From positions 1 to 60,357 of the IMG/VR virus record IMGVR_UViG_3300044568_001950: a stretch of 60,357 bases of DNA; one strand, 5' to 3'. Below the pieces are notes generated by a model, which had not been told where the DNA came from, did no database searches, and saw only the letters and a program-made list of their open reading frames with translations. Positions 47,397 through 57,511 of the stretch are shown piece after piece (the stretch's first letter is position 1; each line of letters opens with the position of its first letter). Both the position numbers and the translations under genes were made by a program. Source of the stretch: a virus (lineage: Duplodnaviria; Caudoviricetes).

Positions 47397-47617
47397 TGTA
47401 TCAATATGAATTCACGGGCCGGTGCCCGTCGCTGGCGCAAATAAAATCGCAGGTTAAAAAAGCCATGGCCGCTGGCCATGATTGGATTCAATTAAGCTGG
47501 GGCGAAAATCAATTAACAATAGAAAAAACTTTTGGCCATGGGTGGAGTGGGCCATGGTTTGGCCATGGCTGGATCGGACGCGCAAGCGGGAACGATATCG
47601 CGCGGGGTTTATCTTGA
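47396..47617 (+). CDS. Hypothetical early protein
   Basis: TAATG-coupled, 73 aa. Confidence 0.6.
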   Translation: MYQYEFTGRCPSLAQIKSQVKKAMAAGHDWIQLSWGENQLTIEKTFGHGWSGPWFGHGWIGRASGNDIARGLS

Positions 47618-47653
47618 TCGCCGTATTTATTGCGGCCGGGATAATTTATTTGC

Positions 47654-47694
47654 TTGACAGGATGCTGGAATAATGTTCTAATTATTCCAGCGTC
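47654..47694 (+). promoter_or_regulatory. Promoter overlapped by an 11-bp inverted repeat
   Basis: TTGACA-17-TCTAAT with TGn; GCTGGAATAAT/ATTATTCCAGC. Confidence 0.65.
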
Positions 47695-47729
47695 ACTAAT
47701 CGGTGGCGCATTTATACAGGAGAATTAAA

Positions 47730-48530
47730 ATGGCAAGATACACTCAAGCCCGTAGTGAAACCGGTTTTTCGCTTGATCAATTGCGCAATATCGCGCCTTC
47801 GATTTTTGCGGAAGAGCCCGCTAGTAAAGTGTCTTCGCGTTATGGCTTTGTCCCCACTGTTAATGTTGTAGAGGAATTACAGGGCCGGGGCCTTGTGCCA
47901 GTATTCGCGGGTCAGACTTTATCGCGCGATATTGATAACCGCGCATTCGCTAAGCACCTGATCCGGTTCCGCCCTCAGTACGCGCCAACGATCGCCAAGC
48001 AGTCGTTGCCCGAAGTGGTCTTAATGAATTCTCACGACGGCTCAAGCGGGTTTAAATTGTGGGCCGGAATTTTCCGCATGGTGTGCTGTAACGGTATGAT
48101 CATCAGCGACAATGTCATGGGCCAAGTGTCCGTTGCGCACCGCTCGAATGCCGCCCAAATTGTGGGCGATCGCTCGATCGGGTTCATGGGCAACATTGAT
48201 CACATCGAAGATCGTATCCAGCGATTCATGGATCGGATCTTATCGCCGCTCGAGCAGGGCCAACTAGCCGAGACCGCAGTGCAATTGCGCTGGGGTAAGG
48301 ATCGGCCCACAGGCCTTGACCATAATTCGCTTTTACTTACTCGCCGTTTTGAGGATGCAGGGGATAGCCTGTGGAATACCTTGAACCGTATTCAAGAAAA
48401 TGTAATTAAAGGCGGAGTTAACCTGAACCGCTCGCGCCGCCAATCAAGCACCCGCGTGTTGCGATCGGTTGGCGATGATGCGCGGATCAATGCGCAATTA
48501 TGGGAAGCGGCTGATGCATTAGTGGTATAA
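47730..48530 (+). CDS. DUF932/DUF945 family protein
   Basis: APSIFA..P..SSRYGFVPT, KHLIRFR, NSHDGSS, GIFRMVCCNG, LWNTLNRIQEN, INAQLW. Confidence 0.85.
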   Translation: MARYTQARSETGFSLDQLRNIAPSIFAEEPASKVSSRYGFVPTVNVVEELQGRGLVPVFAGQTLSRDIDNRAFAKHLIRFRPQYAPTIAKQSLPEVVLMNSHDGSSGFKLWAGIFRMVCCNGMIISDNVMGQVSVAHRSNAAQIVGDRSIGFMGNIDHIEDRIQRFMDRILSPLEQGQLAETAVQLRWGKDRPTGLDHNSLLLTRRFEDAGDSLWNTLNRIQENVIKGGVNLNRSRRQSSTRVLRSVGDDARINAQLWEAADALVV

Positions 48531-48583
48531 TTTAGGAACAGGGCGGCACCCGCCGCCCTGCTTTTAATACTGGAGAAAGAAGC
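48523..48583 (+). promoter_or_regulatory. Early cassette copy 1: -10, GC hairpin, RBS
   Basis: TGGTATAAT; CAGGGCGGC-ACCC-GCCGCCCTG; ATACTGGAGAA. Confidence 0.75.
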
Positions 48584-48769
48584 ATGAACAGAAACACCTA
48601 TGTTGGCGATTGGGATCGCCAAGCAATCGCCGCATATATTGCTGATTACGTCATGGAAGAAATGACGCGCGGAAACGTTGAAGTAGATAAGTGGATGATC
48701 CGCGATGCGATCGATGCGTACTTCGGCGGAGCGGCCGAAGACGCGGATTATTCAGGAGAGGCCGCATGA
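48584..48769 (+). CDS. Hypothetical acidic early protein
   Basis: Own leader and RBS, 61 aa. Confidence 0.7.
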   Translation: MNRNTYVGDWDRQAIAAYIADYVMEEMTRGNVEVDKWMIRDAIDAYFGGAAEDADYSGEAA

Positions 48770-49053
48770 AAACAGTAGAACAAAAAGGCCGCGCCTTTTT
48801 TGATGGACTGCGCAATAAAGAATTTCACTTCTTTGCATCAAGTGTGGCCACTTGGGTAACCGCTACCGATAACCGCACATTGCCCGATGTAATCGAGATC
48901 ATGGAAGACGAGGGCTACATTTATTCCCTGTTCCTGGTCCCAGGTGCCTGGGACAGTAATTATGAGATCCGGCACTACGCGCCCCAGGTAGAGGGCGCGA
49001 TGTTATTGGGCACCTTTACACCGAAAAAACATATTGCACGCAAATCTGCCTGA
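48766..49053 (+). CDS. Hypothetical early protein
   Basis: ATGA-coupled start at 48766. Confidence 0.65.
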   Translation: MKTVEQKGRAFFDGLRNKEFHFFASSVATWVTATDNRTLPDVIEIMEDEGYIYSLFLVPGAWDSNYEIRHYAPQVEGAMLLGTFTPKKHIARKSA

Positions 49054-49106
49054 GGTATAATTAGGGGACCGGCGGCACTCCGCCGCCGGACATACAGGAG
49101 AATGAA
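49034..49106 (+). promoter_or_regulatory. Early cassette copy 2
   Basis: TTGCAC-16-TATAAT; CCGGCGGC-ACTCC-GCCGCCGG; ATACAGGAGAATGAA. Confidence 0.75.
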
Positions 49107-49445
49107 ATGAAAGCATATCTAATCGATCCGTTTACCAAGACTATATCCATGGTTGAGTATTCGGGGGACTATAACGAGATCTATAAACTTATCGAGTGCG
49201 ACACATTTACTTGCGCCGATTTCAACGAATTTGGCGACACAGTATTTGTTGATGATGAAGGCCTGATTAATGGCAAGGATCAAGAATTTTTCTTGATCGG
49301 TGATTATCCTACGCCACTGGCTGGCAAGGCCTTAGTGCTTGGCACTAATCAGGAGGGTGAATCAGTCGAGCCCAGTATGACGATAGAACAAGTCGCTGTC
49401 CGCGTTGATTGGATCCCGAATATCTACACATATCATTTTGCTTGA
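49107..49445 (+). CDS. DUF3846-like protein
   Basis: AYLIDP...VFVDDEGL...LAGKALVLG. Confidence 0.7.
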   Translation: MKAYLIDPFTKTISMVEYSGDYNEIYKLIECDTFTCADFNEFGDTVFVDDEGLINGKDQEFFLIGDYPTPLAGKALVLGTNQEGESVEPSMTIEQVAVRVDWIPNIYTYHFA

Positions 49446-49447
49446 TG

Positions 49448-49500
49448 TATAATTAACGCACTGGGCGGCACTCGCCGCCCAGCTCATACAGGAGAATGAA
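49448..49500 (+). promoter_or_regulatory. Early cassette copy 3
   Basis: TATAAT; CTGGGCGGC-ACTC-GCCGCCCAG; ATACAGGAGAATGAA. Confidence 0.75.
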
Positions 49501-49680
49501 ATGCAATATCACAATATCGAGTTCGACGGAATAGATCACTCAGACTATCCCGATTTTTGCGATGCCTTTATCTGCTATGCAGAACACGATGACGGCGAGC
49601 CATTGACCGATGCCGAATTAGATCTGCTCAATGATGACGGAGGCTTTGTTCATGAAGCACTCTGGAATCACCTTTTCTGA
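49501..49680 (+). CDS. 59-aa acidic protein (absent from the ORF track)
   Basis: MQYHNIEFDGIDHSDYPDFCDAFICYAEHDDGEPLTDAELDLLN...; strong RBS. Confidence 0.75.
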   Translation: MQYHNIEFDGIDHSDYPDFCDAFICYAEHDDGEPLTDAELDLLNDDGGFVHEALWNHLF

Positions 49681-49692
49681 TCGGAGATTAAC

Positions 49693-49968
49693 ATGGCACT
49701 TTATCGCACAACATCAAACCCCAATGTCACCTGCCCTGAGGATCTGTACTCGAGTGATGAACTCGAGCGCATGGATCAGGCCGCCGATCTCGAGATGCAG
49801 ATTGACGCTATCGATCGCCAGCTTCAGGAGATCGACGATCATATGCGCGGCGCAGACATGGCCGGAGATATGCGGACACTATCTGCCCTCGAGTCTAGAC
49901 TTGAGGAATTAGTAGATCTGCAGATAGATCTGCAATTGCAACTTAACAAACTAAACTTTATCGATTAA
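49693..49968 (+). CDS. Acidic coiled-coil protein
   Basis: GGAG RBS; D/E/L-rich heptads. Confidence 0.65.
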   Translation: MALYRTTSNPNVTCPEDLYSSDELERMDQAADLEMQIDAIDRQLQEIDDHMRGADMAGDMRTLSALESRLEELVDLQIDLQLQLNKLNFID

Positions 49969-49988
49969 CTCCTGCCGCGTGAGCGGAG

Positions 49989-50019
49989 AGCCCAGGCGCG
50001 TGAGTGCCTGGGCTTTTTT
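49989..50019 (+). terminator. Intrinsic terminator closing the early region
   Basis: AGCCCAGGCGC-GTGA-GTGCCTGGGCT-TTTTT. Confidence 0.85.
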
Positions 50020-50424
50020 ATTGATACATATGGCACGCAGTGCCATACCCCAGCCCACTATCCACTGTCCAATTCTTTGTATATAAGTAGAAGTGAAAAG
50101 CTATAGGCATAGCCTATTTGTAAAATCTATTCCCTTGGAGGATGGCGGGGGTGGGCGGGCCCGCTTATACTTCTGGAGTCCCTGACAGTTATCACTCCTC
50201 TCCTCGTCTTCCACTTCGCTCCATTCCTCTTTCCACCCCATCAATCAGGCTTCAACCCCTTGGCTCAGTTTCTGCCAGTCAGCCAAGTGTTTCAAACTTA
50301 TCGAGCTAAAACCCACCCCCTTGTTTTCAAAATCAATTTCCGCAAAAATTTTTTGCAAAATTCAAAACTTAGCGTATGCTTGCGTCCATTACGTGCCACC
50401 ACACACGCAGAAAGGGAAAGTACA

Positions 50425-51891
50425 TTGTTTCACGGGAAACAAGAGACAGCGGACGAAGAGATCCTAAAGCTGGAGTTGCGGCTTGCACAGATCGAAGCGC
50501 GAGAAAATGCTAGGAATGACTTTCTGGCCTTCGTCAGGTACGTGTGGCCCACGTTCATATGCGGCGAGCACCACAAGATCATGGCCAAGAAGTTCCAGGA
50601 GTTGATCCATGGTGACCTAAAGCGGGTAGTTATTAATATTGCACCGCGTCATGGTAAGTCAGAGCTTACTTCGTATTTGTTCCTCGCCTGGTTAATGGGC
50701 CAAAAACCGGATTCCAAGATCATTCAGGCTACTCACACAGGCGAGTTAGCCCAGCGGTTTGGCCGTAAGGTGCGAAATCTGATGGATTCTGAGGAGTACA
50801 AACAGATTTTCCCTGAGGTTTTGCTGGCAGCGGACTCAAAGGCAGCCGGTAGGTGGGAGACGAACAAGGGTGGGGAGTACTTTGCCGCTGGTGTGGGCGG
50901 GGCGATGACCGGTCGGGGTGCGGATTTCTTGGTCATTGACGATCCGCACTCGGAACAAGACGCATTGTCGGAGACGGCGATGGAAAATTGCTACGATTGG
51001 TACACAGCAGGCCCCCGGCAGCGACTTCAGCCGGGTGGGCGCATCCTGATTGTGATGACCCGGTGGTCAAAAGTTGACTTAACTGGTCGGGTTTTGCAAG
51101 ATGAGGCCAAAAACCCCATGTCTGACAAGTGGGAGGTCATCGAATTCCCGGCAATCATGCCGTCTGGCACGCCTTGTTGGCCAGAATTTTGGAAAGTGGA
51201 CGATTTACTGCGTGTCAAGGCCGCTTTGCCGGTGTCAAACTGGAACGCTCAGTGGATGCAGAACCCTACGGCTGAGGAAGGGGCGATATTTAAGCGGGAA
51301 TGGTGGAAAGTTTGGCCCCATGACAACGTTCCGAAGCTAAAGTACGTTATACAGAGCTACGACACGGCGTATTCCAAGAAGGAAACGGCAGATTTTTCCG
51401 CTATCACGACTTGGGGTGTGTTTCAGCCTGTTGAGGGCGAGGAAGACAACCTGATTTTGTTGGACGCGAAGAAGGGCCGGTGGGATTTCCCAGAGTTAAA
51501 GCGTGAGGCTATGGAGTTGTACAAGTTCTGGGACCCTGATTGTGTGTTAATTGAGGCGAAGGCCTCTGGTTTGCCCTTGACCCAGGAATTACGGCGCACG
51601 GGAATCCCGGTGGTCAATTATTCACCAGGTGGACGCAAAACGGGTACTGATAAAATCAGTCGGGCGAACTCTGTGTCACCAGTTTTTGAAGCGGGGTTCG
51701 TGTGGGCTCCAGACGAACCGTGGGCCGAGGACCTTGTAGAGGAGATGGCTGAATTTCCGTTCGGTGAGCATGATGACTTGACAGATTCGGCAGTTCAGGC
51801 GGTAATACGGTTTAGACAGGGCAACTTTCTTCAGTTGCCCAGTGATTTCATTGAGGAATCGGTTGGCCCCCAAATCCATGAGTACTATTAA
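50425..51891 (+). CDS. terL: Terminase large subunit
   Basis: Walker A APRHGKS, Walker B LVIDDP, MTRW, nuclease SYDTA...IEAKASG...HDDLTDS; TTG start at 50425 inferred. Confidence 0.93.
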   Translation: MFHGKQETADEEILKLELRLAQIEARENARNDFLAFVRYVWPTFICGEHHKIMAKKFQELIHGDLKRVVINIAPRHGKSELTSYLFLAWLMGQKPDSKIIQATHTGELAQRFGRKVRNLMDSEEYKQIFPEVLLAADSKAAGRWETNKGGEYFAAGVGGAMTGRGADFLVIDDPHSEQDALSETAMENCYDWYTAGPRQRLQPGGRILIVMTRWSKVDLTGRVLQDEAKNPMSDKWEVIEFPAIMPSGTPCWPEFWKVDDLLRVKAALPVSNWNAQWMQNPTAEEGAIFKREWWKVWPHDNVPKLKYVIQSYDTAYSKKETADFSAITTWGVFQPVEGEEDNLILLDAKKGRWDFPELKREAMELYKFWDPDCVLIEAKASGLPLTQELRRTGIPVVNYSPGGRKTGTDKISRANSVSPVFEAGFVWAPDEPWAEDLVEEMAEFPFGEHDDLTDSAVQAVIRFRQGNFLQLPSDFIEESVGPQIHEYY

Positions 51892-51893
51892 AT

Positions 51894-54800
51894 ATGGCAC
51901 AACAAAGTAGCCCGGACGTCGATCAGATTCTATCTACTATTCGTCAGGTAGAGTCTAGCAACAACTATGGTGCGCAGGCAAAGGGTTCGTCGGCCTCGGG
52001 CGCGTATCAGTTTATTGATAGTACGTGGCAGGCTTCGACAAAGAAAGCTGGTTTAGGGACCGAGTACTCAAGGGCCAAGGACGCTCCTCCTGAGGTGCAA
52101 GACGCGGTGGCCGCGTTTGCTGTTCGGGACATCTTGAATCGCACGGGCAATGACGTGTCGAAGGTGCCGCTGGTGTGGTATACGGGCAACCCTGAGGGTC
52201 GGATGACCGAGGACGCTCTTCGCGCAAACCAGGGCCTGACTGCGGATAAGTATCAGCAGAAGTGGCTGTCTGTGTTGGGTGGCGGGGCTCCTGCACAAAC
52301 GGCTCAGGCTCCACGGACCACGGCCCAAGGACCAAAGCAGGCAGGCGCTCGTGTGGCGGCTGCTTTTAACCCCAGAGATTTGCCGAGTAGTTATACGTCG
52401 GCGTTGGCGTTGAATTATTTGGCTGACACGGACCCTGAGGGTGTGACCATGAGCAAGGTCAACGAGATGTTGACCGAGATGATGGAAGATGGTGGCGGTG
52501 CGGCAAAGCCTGCTGGGGGCAAGATCCTGCAGCAGTTCGCACAGGCAAAAAGTGCTGATCCGTTCCAGTTTGTTTTGCAGCAAGAAGAGCCTAAGCGTCG
52601 TGCGGTGCCGAGAATGCCAAAGATGTTTGCTGAGGGTGGTGAAGTTGGTGAGCAATACGAGTCCTTAGAGGACGTTATGGCCGCTGCTCCCACGCAGGAT
52701 GAAGAGCAAAGACAGTGGGAGCAGGAGATTCCTGTTCGAGAATTGACACGTCAGTTAAATGAGACAGTGGACAGGTATCGTGCGGGCAGGGCTTCGGAAG
52801 AGGACGTAAAACAGTTTTTTCCGAACTATAGTGATTACGACATTGCTAATATGTTTGGCATGACAGATGCTGGCCAAAGCGGTCCAAGGCCCGAGATCAC
52901 TGCTCAGCCCTTCTTGACTCCTGAAGTATACGATCGAGCCATGAACCGGGGGCGGATGGAACAGTACAATATTGAGCGTGAGATCCGCGAAAAGAGCCCA
53001 AACCAGTATCCGTACAAAAGGGATTTCACTCTTGGGCTGCAGCAGTTTGCTGACGGTGGCGAAGTAGACTACAACCAGATGGCAGAGCAGATGACTGTTG
53101 GAACACTGCCCACGGACCAACGACCAGCCGGTGAAGTGTTTCGGGGGATTGGGCAAGATATCGTGCGTGGAGCGCAGTATTTGCCGTATGACTTAGCGGG
53201 TGCTCCGGTGGACATTGCCACGATGGCGATGAGGCCGTTTGGGTACAACGTCGAGAAACCTGTGGGTGGCAGTGAGTATCTGATTGAGAAAGCTCGGCAG
53301 GCTGGGATTGCCCAGGCACCCACGGGTTCGACTGCAGAAACTGCAACCCGCATCGGTATGGGATTCGTGAACCCTGCGGCAGGAGCAAGGCAGATAGGTC
53401 GTGGGATTGAAGGACTTACAGATGTAGTTACGGCGCCGATTGATCGCGCAAAAATCCGAGCAGCAGCCTCTCGTGCCCCAGAAGATGTTACCTATGACCC
53501 TCTAAGAGAACGGCTAGAGTCGCAAGGAATTTTGTCCTTGGCTACACGCCCGGGCGGAAGTGTTATGTTTGGTGACGAAACCTCACGTAATCTCCTTAAG
53601 CTGCATTTAGATCAGCAACGCTTGGATGAATACGCCCAAGGTGAAATGCCAAAAGCAGGGGCTGAGTTTAGCAATTCGTTTTTAAACTATTTGCCAAAAA
53701 TAGATAAATATATGCAGTTGCAGTATTCAACACCAAATGATCCTTTGCTCATTGCAACTGTAGAAGGCAGATTTAAACCAAAACCTTTTTTGCGCCCCAA
53801 TGATATTTTTAGTTATGACCGAAAAGAAATTTCAAGAATAACTGAAATTCCCTTACAAGACGAAACAAAATTAACTCCTGCCCATGTGAACAAACTTTTA
53901 GAGTTGTCTAAAGCTGGTAATGAAAAAGCTCAAAAAATGGTATTTAGTGGTGCTAATAGGGCTATGTCTTCTTCCGGACGCATAACCCCGCTGCAAATAG
54001 TAGATAGACTAAAAAACACAGAATTTTTTGATGAAGTAAATGCCAATCTTAAAAGTGCTGTTGAAAGTACTTTTTGGAAAGAACTAGGAAAAGAAGAAGA
54101 TATAGTCCCTTTAATGAAAAAATATATTAATCAAAAAGCAATCTCCAATAATGAAGAAGAACAAAAAGCGTTTAACACACTAGAATTTAGAGTTTCGACT
54201 ATCCTAGAAAAAAAAGCGGACGCAGAAAAAGAACTTCAAGCTAAAAACTCTTTGTTTGGTAAATATCCAACCTCAATAAATCTAGTGCGTGATCCAAGGG
54301 AACTTAATGAGGCAATAGAAAATATTCCGGCTATAGCGGAAGAAATTAAAAGAGGAAAACCCGTTTACCAACCTACAAATACTTGGAATTCTCCGTTCAG
54401 AACAGAAGACATATTTGAGTACATGTCAGAAAATGATCCGGCCAAGTGGTCAAAGATGTCTGTCCCAGAATTAATTATTGCATCTTCGGCCAAAGATCCT
54501 GCCTCCGTTACAAGCCCCACAAAAATTGCTAGGATGGCAGATGATGGAGATCCACTAACTGCGGATCAATTAAGAACAGGTACTCAAAGATATATGCCCG
54601 TTAATTCTCCCACTTTGGGGGAAGGCGCCGAATGGCGAGAAATAACTACCAAAGAGGGGCTACGGATTGAGGGTGGGGTGTTACAACATTGCTTAAAAAG
54701 AGAAACAAGCGGTTATTGCAATCGCCTTTTAAACAAAGAGTCTAAATACTTTACTCTACGAGATGCCGATGGGCAGCCTTATGTAAGTATCGAACTTGCA

Positions 54801-55079
54801 AAACCTATCGGCAGAGAAAAAGAAGATGTTCCGTACAGCGTAATTAAACAAGTCAAGGGCTTTAGAAATACTAATACTATTCCTTTATACGGGGAAGAAG
54901 TCTCAGACTTTTTGATGGATTGGCAGAAAAAGTCTGGTGTTAAATTGAGTCCAACGGAAGATAACGATTTTCTTCCTCAAAAATTTAAGCAAAAGACTTC
55001 TTTTGGAATAGAAGCTCCTCCAGAAAATTTTCGCAAGGGCGGCATGGTAGATAAACCTTTATATGATCGGGCAGTGTGA
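51894..55079 (+). CDS. Multidomain virion protein: N-terminal lytic transglycosylase-like domain, C-terminal PcfJ-like domain
   Basis: ESSNNY...SSASGAYQFIDSTW; EGGVLQHC...TLRD...IKQVKG..N; three FxxGG motifs. Confidence 0.65.
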   Translation: MAQQSSPDVDQILSTIRQVESSNNYGAQAKGSSASGAYQFIDSTWQASTKKAGLGTEYSRAKDAPPEVQDAVAAFAVRDILNRTGNDVSKVPLVWYTGNPEGRMTEDALRANQGLTADKYQQKWLSVLGGGAPAQTAQAPRTTAQGPKQAGARVAAAFNPRDLPSSYTSALALNYLADTDPEGVTMSKVNEMLTEMMEDGGGAAKPAGGKILQQFAQAKSADPFQFVLQQEEPKRRAVPRMPKMFAEGGEVGEQYESLEDVMAAAPTQDEEQRQWEQEIPVRELTRQLNETVDRYRAGRASEEDVKQFFPNYSDYDIANMFGMTDAGQSGPRPEITAQPFLTPEVYDRAMNRGRMEQYNIEREIREKSPNQYPYKRDFTLGLQQFADGGEVDYNQMAEQMTVGTLPTDQRPAGEVFRGIGQDIVRGAQYLPYDLAGAPVDIATMAMRPFGYNVEKPVGGSEYLIEKARQAGIAQAPTGSTAETATRIGMGFVNPAAGARQIGRGIEGLTDVVTAPIDRAKIRAAASRAPEDVTYDPLRERLESQGILSLATRPGGSVMFGDETSRNLLKLHLDQQRLDEYAQGEMPKAGAEFSNSFLNYLPKIDKYMQLQYSTPNDPLLIATVEGRFKPKPFLRPNDIFSYDRKEISRITEIPLQDETKLTPAHVNKLLELSKAGNEKAQKMVFSGANRAMSSSGRITPLQIVDRLKNTEFFDEVNANLKSAVESTFWKELGKEEDIVPLMKKYINQKAISNNEEEQKAFNTLEFRVSTILEKKADAEKELQAKNSLFGKYPTSINLVRDPRELNEAIENIPAIAEEIKRGKPVYQPTNTWNSPFRTEDIFEYMSENDPAKWSKMSVPELIIASSAKDPASVTSPTKIARMADDGDPLTADQLRTGTQRYMPVNSPTLGEGAEWREITTKEGLRIEGGVLQHCLKRETSGYCNRLLNKESKYFTLRDADGQPYVSIELAKPIGREKEDVPYSVIKQVKGFRNTNTIPLYGEEVSDFLMDWQKKSGVKLSPTEDNDFLPQKFKQKTSFGIEAPPENFRKGGMVDKPLYDRAV

Positions 55080-57511
55080 TGGCCAAGAAAAATTCATTAA
55101 ATAACATTGAAAAGGCTCTTGAAGCCGTGGGCCAAGAGCAAATGCTCGCGCCTGAAGTTGACATTGAGATTGAGCAAGAAGAGCCGGAAGGTGAAGACGA
55201 GGGTGTAAGCATTGAGATCGGCGCCGATGGCAGTGCGACCATCACCATGGGCGAAGAGGAAGAGGTCAAGGAAACCAAGCACTACGAGAACTTGGCTCAG
55301 TACATGGATGCTTCTGACCTGGCCAAGATTGGTGAGGAGATCCTTGAGTACTTTGACTCCGACGTTGCTTCACGCGACGAGTGGGAGCGCACCTATGCCG
55401 AGGGATTTAAGAGCCTTGGATTCCAGTACGAGATGCGTACCAAGCCCTTCCGTGGCGCGGCTGGTGTGTCGGTGCCTTTGCTGACAGAGGCGATTACCCA
55501 GTTCTCGGCCCAGGCGATGAAAGAACTCATGCCCCCTGGCGGGCCCGTGCGCACGTCCGTGATTGGCAAGTCCAACCGCTCGCGCGAGGCTCAGGCTAAG
55601 CGGGTCAAGGACTACATGAATTACGAGATCACCACGGTGATGAAGGAATACACGCCAGACTTCGACCAGATGCTTTGGTACGTGGGCTATGGTGGGTCGG
55701 CCTTCAAGAAGGTTTATTTTGACAAGGCTAAGAAGCGCTGTGTGTCGCCGTTCATTACGCCAGACAACTTTGTGATGCCCTACCATGGTTCGAGCAATCC
55801 TTGGGAAAATGAGCGCTGTATTCAGGTCGTTCCTATGTCTGCCAATTCGCTGCGTAAGGCGCAGGTGGCAGGCGTTTATCTGGACCTTGAGATGGAGGAA
55901 GCGCCGATTACGCCTCGCGAAACTCCAATCACGGATGCGCAAGACCGTGTCTCTGGCCAGAGTCCGGGGTACATGGACGAGGAATACACGCTCTTAGAAG
56001 CACACATTCTGTACGACATCCCTGGGTTTGAAGACAAGGATGGCATCAAGAAGCCTTACATCATTACGGTAGACAAGGACAGCGGCAAGGTCTTGGCGAT
56101 CTATCGTAACTGGAAGGAAGAAGACGAAGCTTGCTGCCCGGAGCAATATTATGTTCACTACATGTTCCTCCCCGGTCCTGGCTGTATGGGCTATGGCCTT
56201 GTACATCTCATCGGTAATCTCAACCGTGCTGCCACCTCCGCACTAAGGCAGTTGCTGGATGCGGGTACGCTGGCTAACTTGCCAGCAGGCTTTAAAGCCC
56301 GTGGCTTACGGATCGCGGACGATGATGATCCCCTCCAGCCGGGTGAGTGGCGTGACGTGGATGCGGGCGGCGCGGACCTAAGTTCGTCATTGCTGCCCCT
56401 GCCATATAAGGAGCCAAGCCAGACGTTGTATACCCTGATGGGATTCTGTATTGACAGTGGTCGCAGGCTCGCCAGCATTGCTGACATGCAGGTTGGTGAT
56501 GGTAACCAACAGGCCGCAGTGGGTACAACAATAGCAATGTTAGAAAAGGGTGCCAATGTTATGTCGGGCATCCACAAGCGTCTGCACTATGCCCAGAAGC
56601 TTGAGTTTGAGTTGTTGGCAAACTGCATGGCCAAGCATTTGCCGGACGAGTATCCGTACGAGGTAGAAGGCGGCGATCGCAAGATCTTCAAAAACGACTT
56701 TGATGACCGTGTGGACGTCTTGCCGGTGGCAGACCCCAACGTTCATTCCAGCGCCCAGCGCATCATGATGGCTCAGACCCAGTTGCAACTGGCCCAGTCT
56801 GCACCCCAGATGCACAATATGTATGAGGCCTATCGTCGGATGTATGAGGCACTTGGTGTGCGGGACATTGACATGGTCTTGAACTATGACGATACCCAGG
56901 AACCACGGCCCAAAGATCCGGCTACCGAGAACGCTGACGCTATCGACGGCAAGAAGTTAAAAGCCTTTGCTGGCCAGCAACATGACGCTCATATTGTGAG
57001 CCACATGCTCCAAGGCATGAGCCCAATCCTGCAGGCTAACCCCGTGGGTGCGATGAACCTAACCAAGCACATCTTGGAGCACGTCCGGATTAAGGCCGAG
57101 GAGCAAGTAGAGGCCCAGATCTTTGCCGAGTACGGTCCTGAGAACAAGGGCGTTGTGTCGGACATCCAGAAGGAAGCCATGGTTGCCATGCTGGTGGCTC
57201 AAGGGATGAGCGAGTTGCGTCAATTGTCTTCGCAGTTGTCTGGCGAGGGCGCACCCGACCCATTGATCAAGCTGAAAGAGCAGGAATTAGCTCAGCGTGC
57301 TCAGGCCGATCAGGCTAGAATCCAGGCAGAGCAGCAGAAGATTGGTCTGCAGACCCAGGAAATGCAGCAAAAGATGGTTACTGACGCCGCTAGACTTGAG
57401 ACCCAAGAGGCTATTGCAGACCAGAAGGCTGACTTAACGTTAATGAGACTCAAACAAATGGAGCAACAAAATGCCATTAAAGCCCGGACGCAGCCGCAAG
57501 GTCGTCAGTGA
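55076..57511 (+). CDS. Portal protein
   Basis: 811 aa after TerL; [32 protein letters not shown]-terminal coiled coil. Confidence 0.88.
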   Translation: MMAKKNSLNNIEKALEAVGQEQMLAPEVDIEIEQEEPEGEDEGVSIEIGADGSATITMGEEEEVKETKHYENLAQYMDASDLAKIGEEILEYFDSDVASRDEWERTYAEGFKSLGFQYEMRTKPFRGAAGVSVPLLTEAITQFSAQAMKELMPPGGPVRTSVIGKSNRSREAQAKRVKDYMNYEITTVMKEYTPDFDQMLWYVGYGGSAFKKVYFDKAKKRCVSPFITPDNFVMPYHGSSNPWENERCIQVVPMSANSLRKAQVAGVYLDLEMEEAPITPRETPITDAQDRVSGQSPGYMDEEYTLLEAHILYDIPGFEDKDGIKKPYIITVDKDSGKVLAIYRNWKEEDEACCPEQYYVHYMFLPGPGCMGYGLVHLIGNLNRAATSALRQLLDAGTLANLPAGFKARGLRIADDDDPLQPGEWRDVDAGGADLSSSLLPLPYKEPSQTLYTLMGFCIDSGRRLASIADMQVGDGNQQAAVGTTIAMLEKGANVMSGIHKRLHYAQKLEFELLANCMAKHLPDEYPYEVEGGDRKIFKNDFDDRVDVLPVADPNVHSSAQRIMMAQTQLQLAQSAPQMHNMYEAYRRMYEALGVRDIDMVLNYDDTQEPRPKDPATENADAIDGKKLKAFAGQQHDAHIVSHMLQGMSPILQANPVGAMNLTKHILEHVRIKAEEQVEAQIFAEYGPENKGVVSDIQKEAMVAMLVAQGMSELRQLSSQLSGEGAPDPLIKLKEQELAQRAQADQARIQAEQQKIGLQTQEMQQKMVTDAARLETQEAIADQKADLTLMRLKQMEQQNAIKARTQPQGRQ

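Noticed and set aside
50260-50424. N-terminal 55-aa extension of TerL in the ORF track
   Set aside because: It runs through a promoter-like, palindromic tract; a purine-rich RBS-like sequence precedes TTG at 50425.
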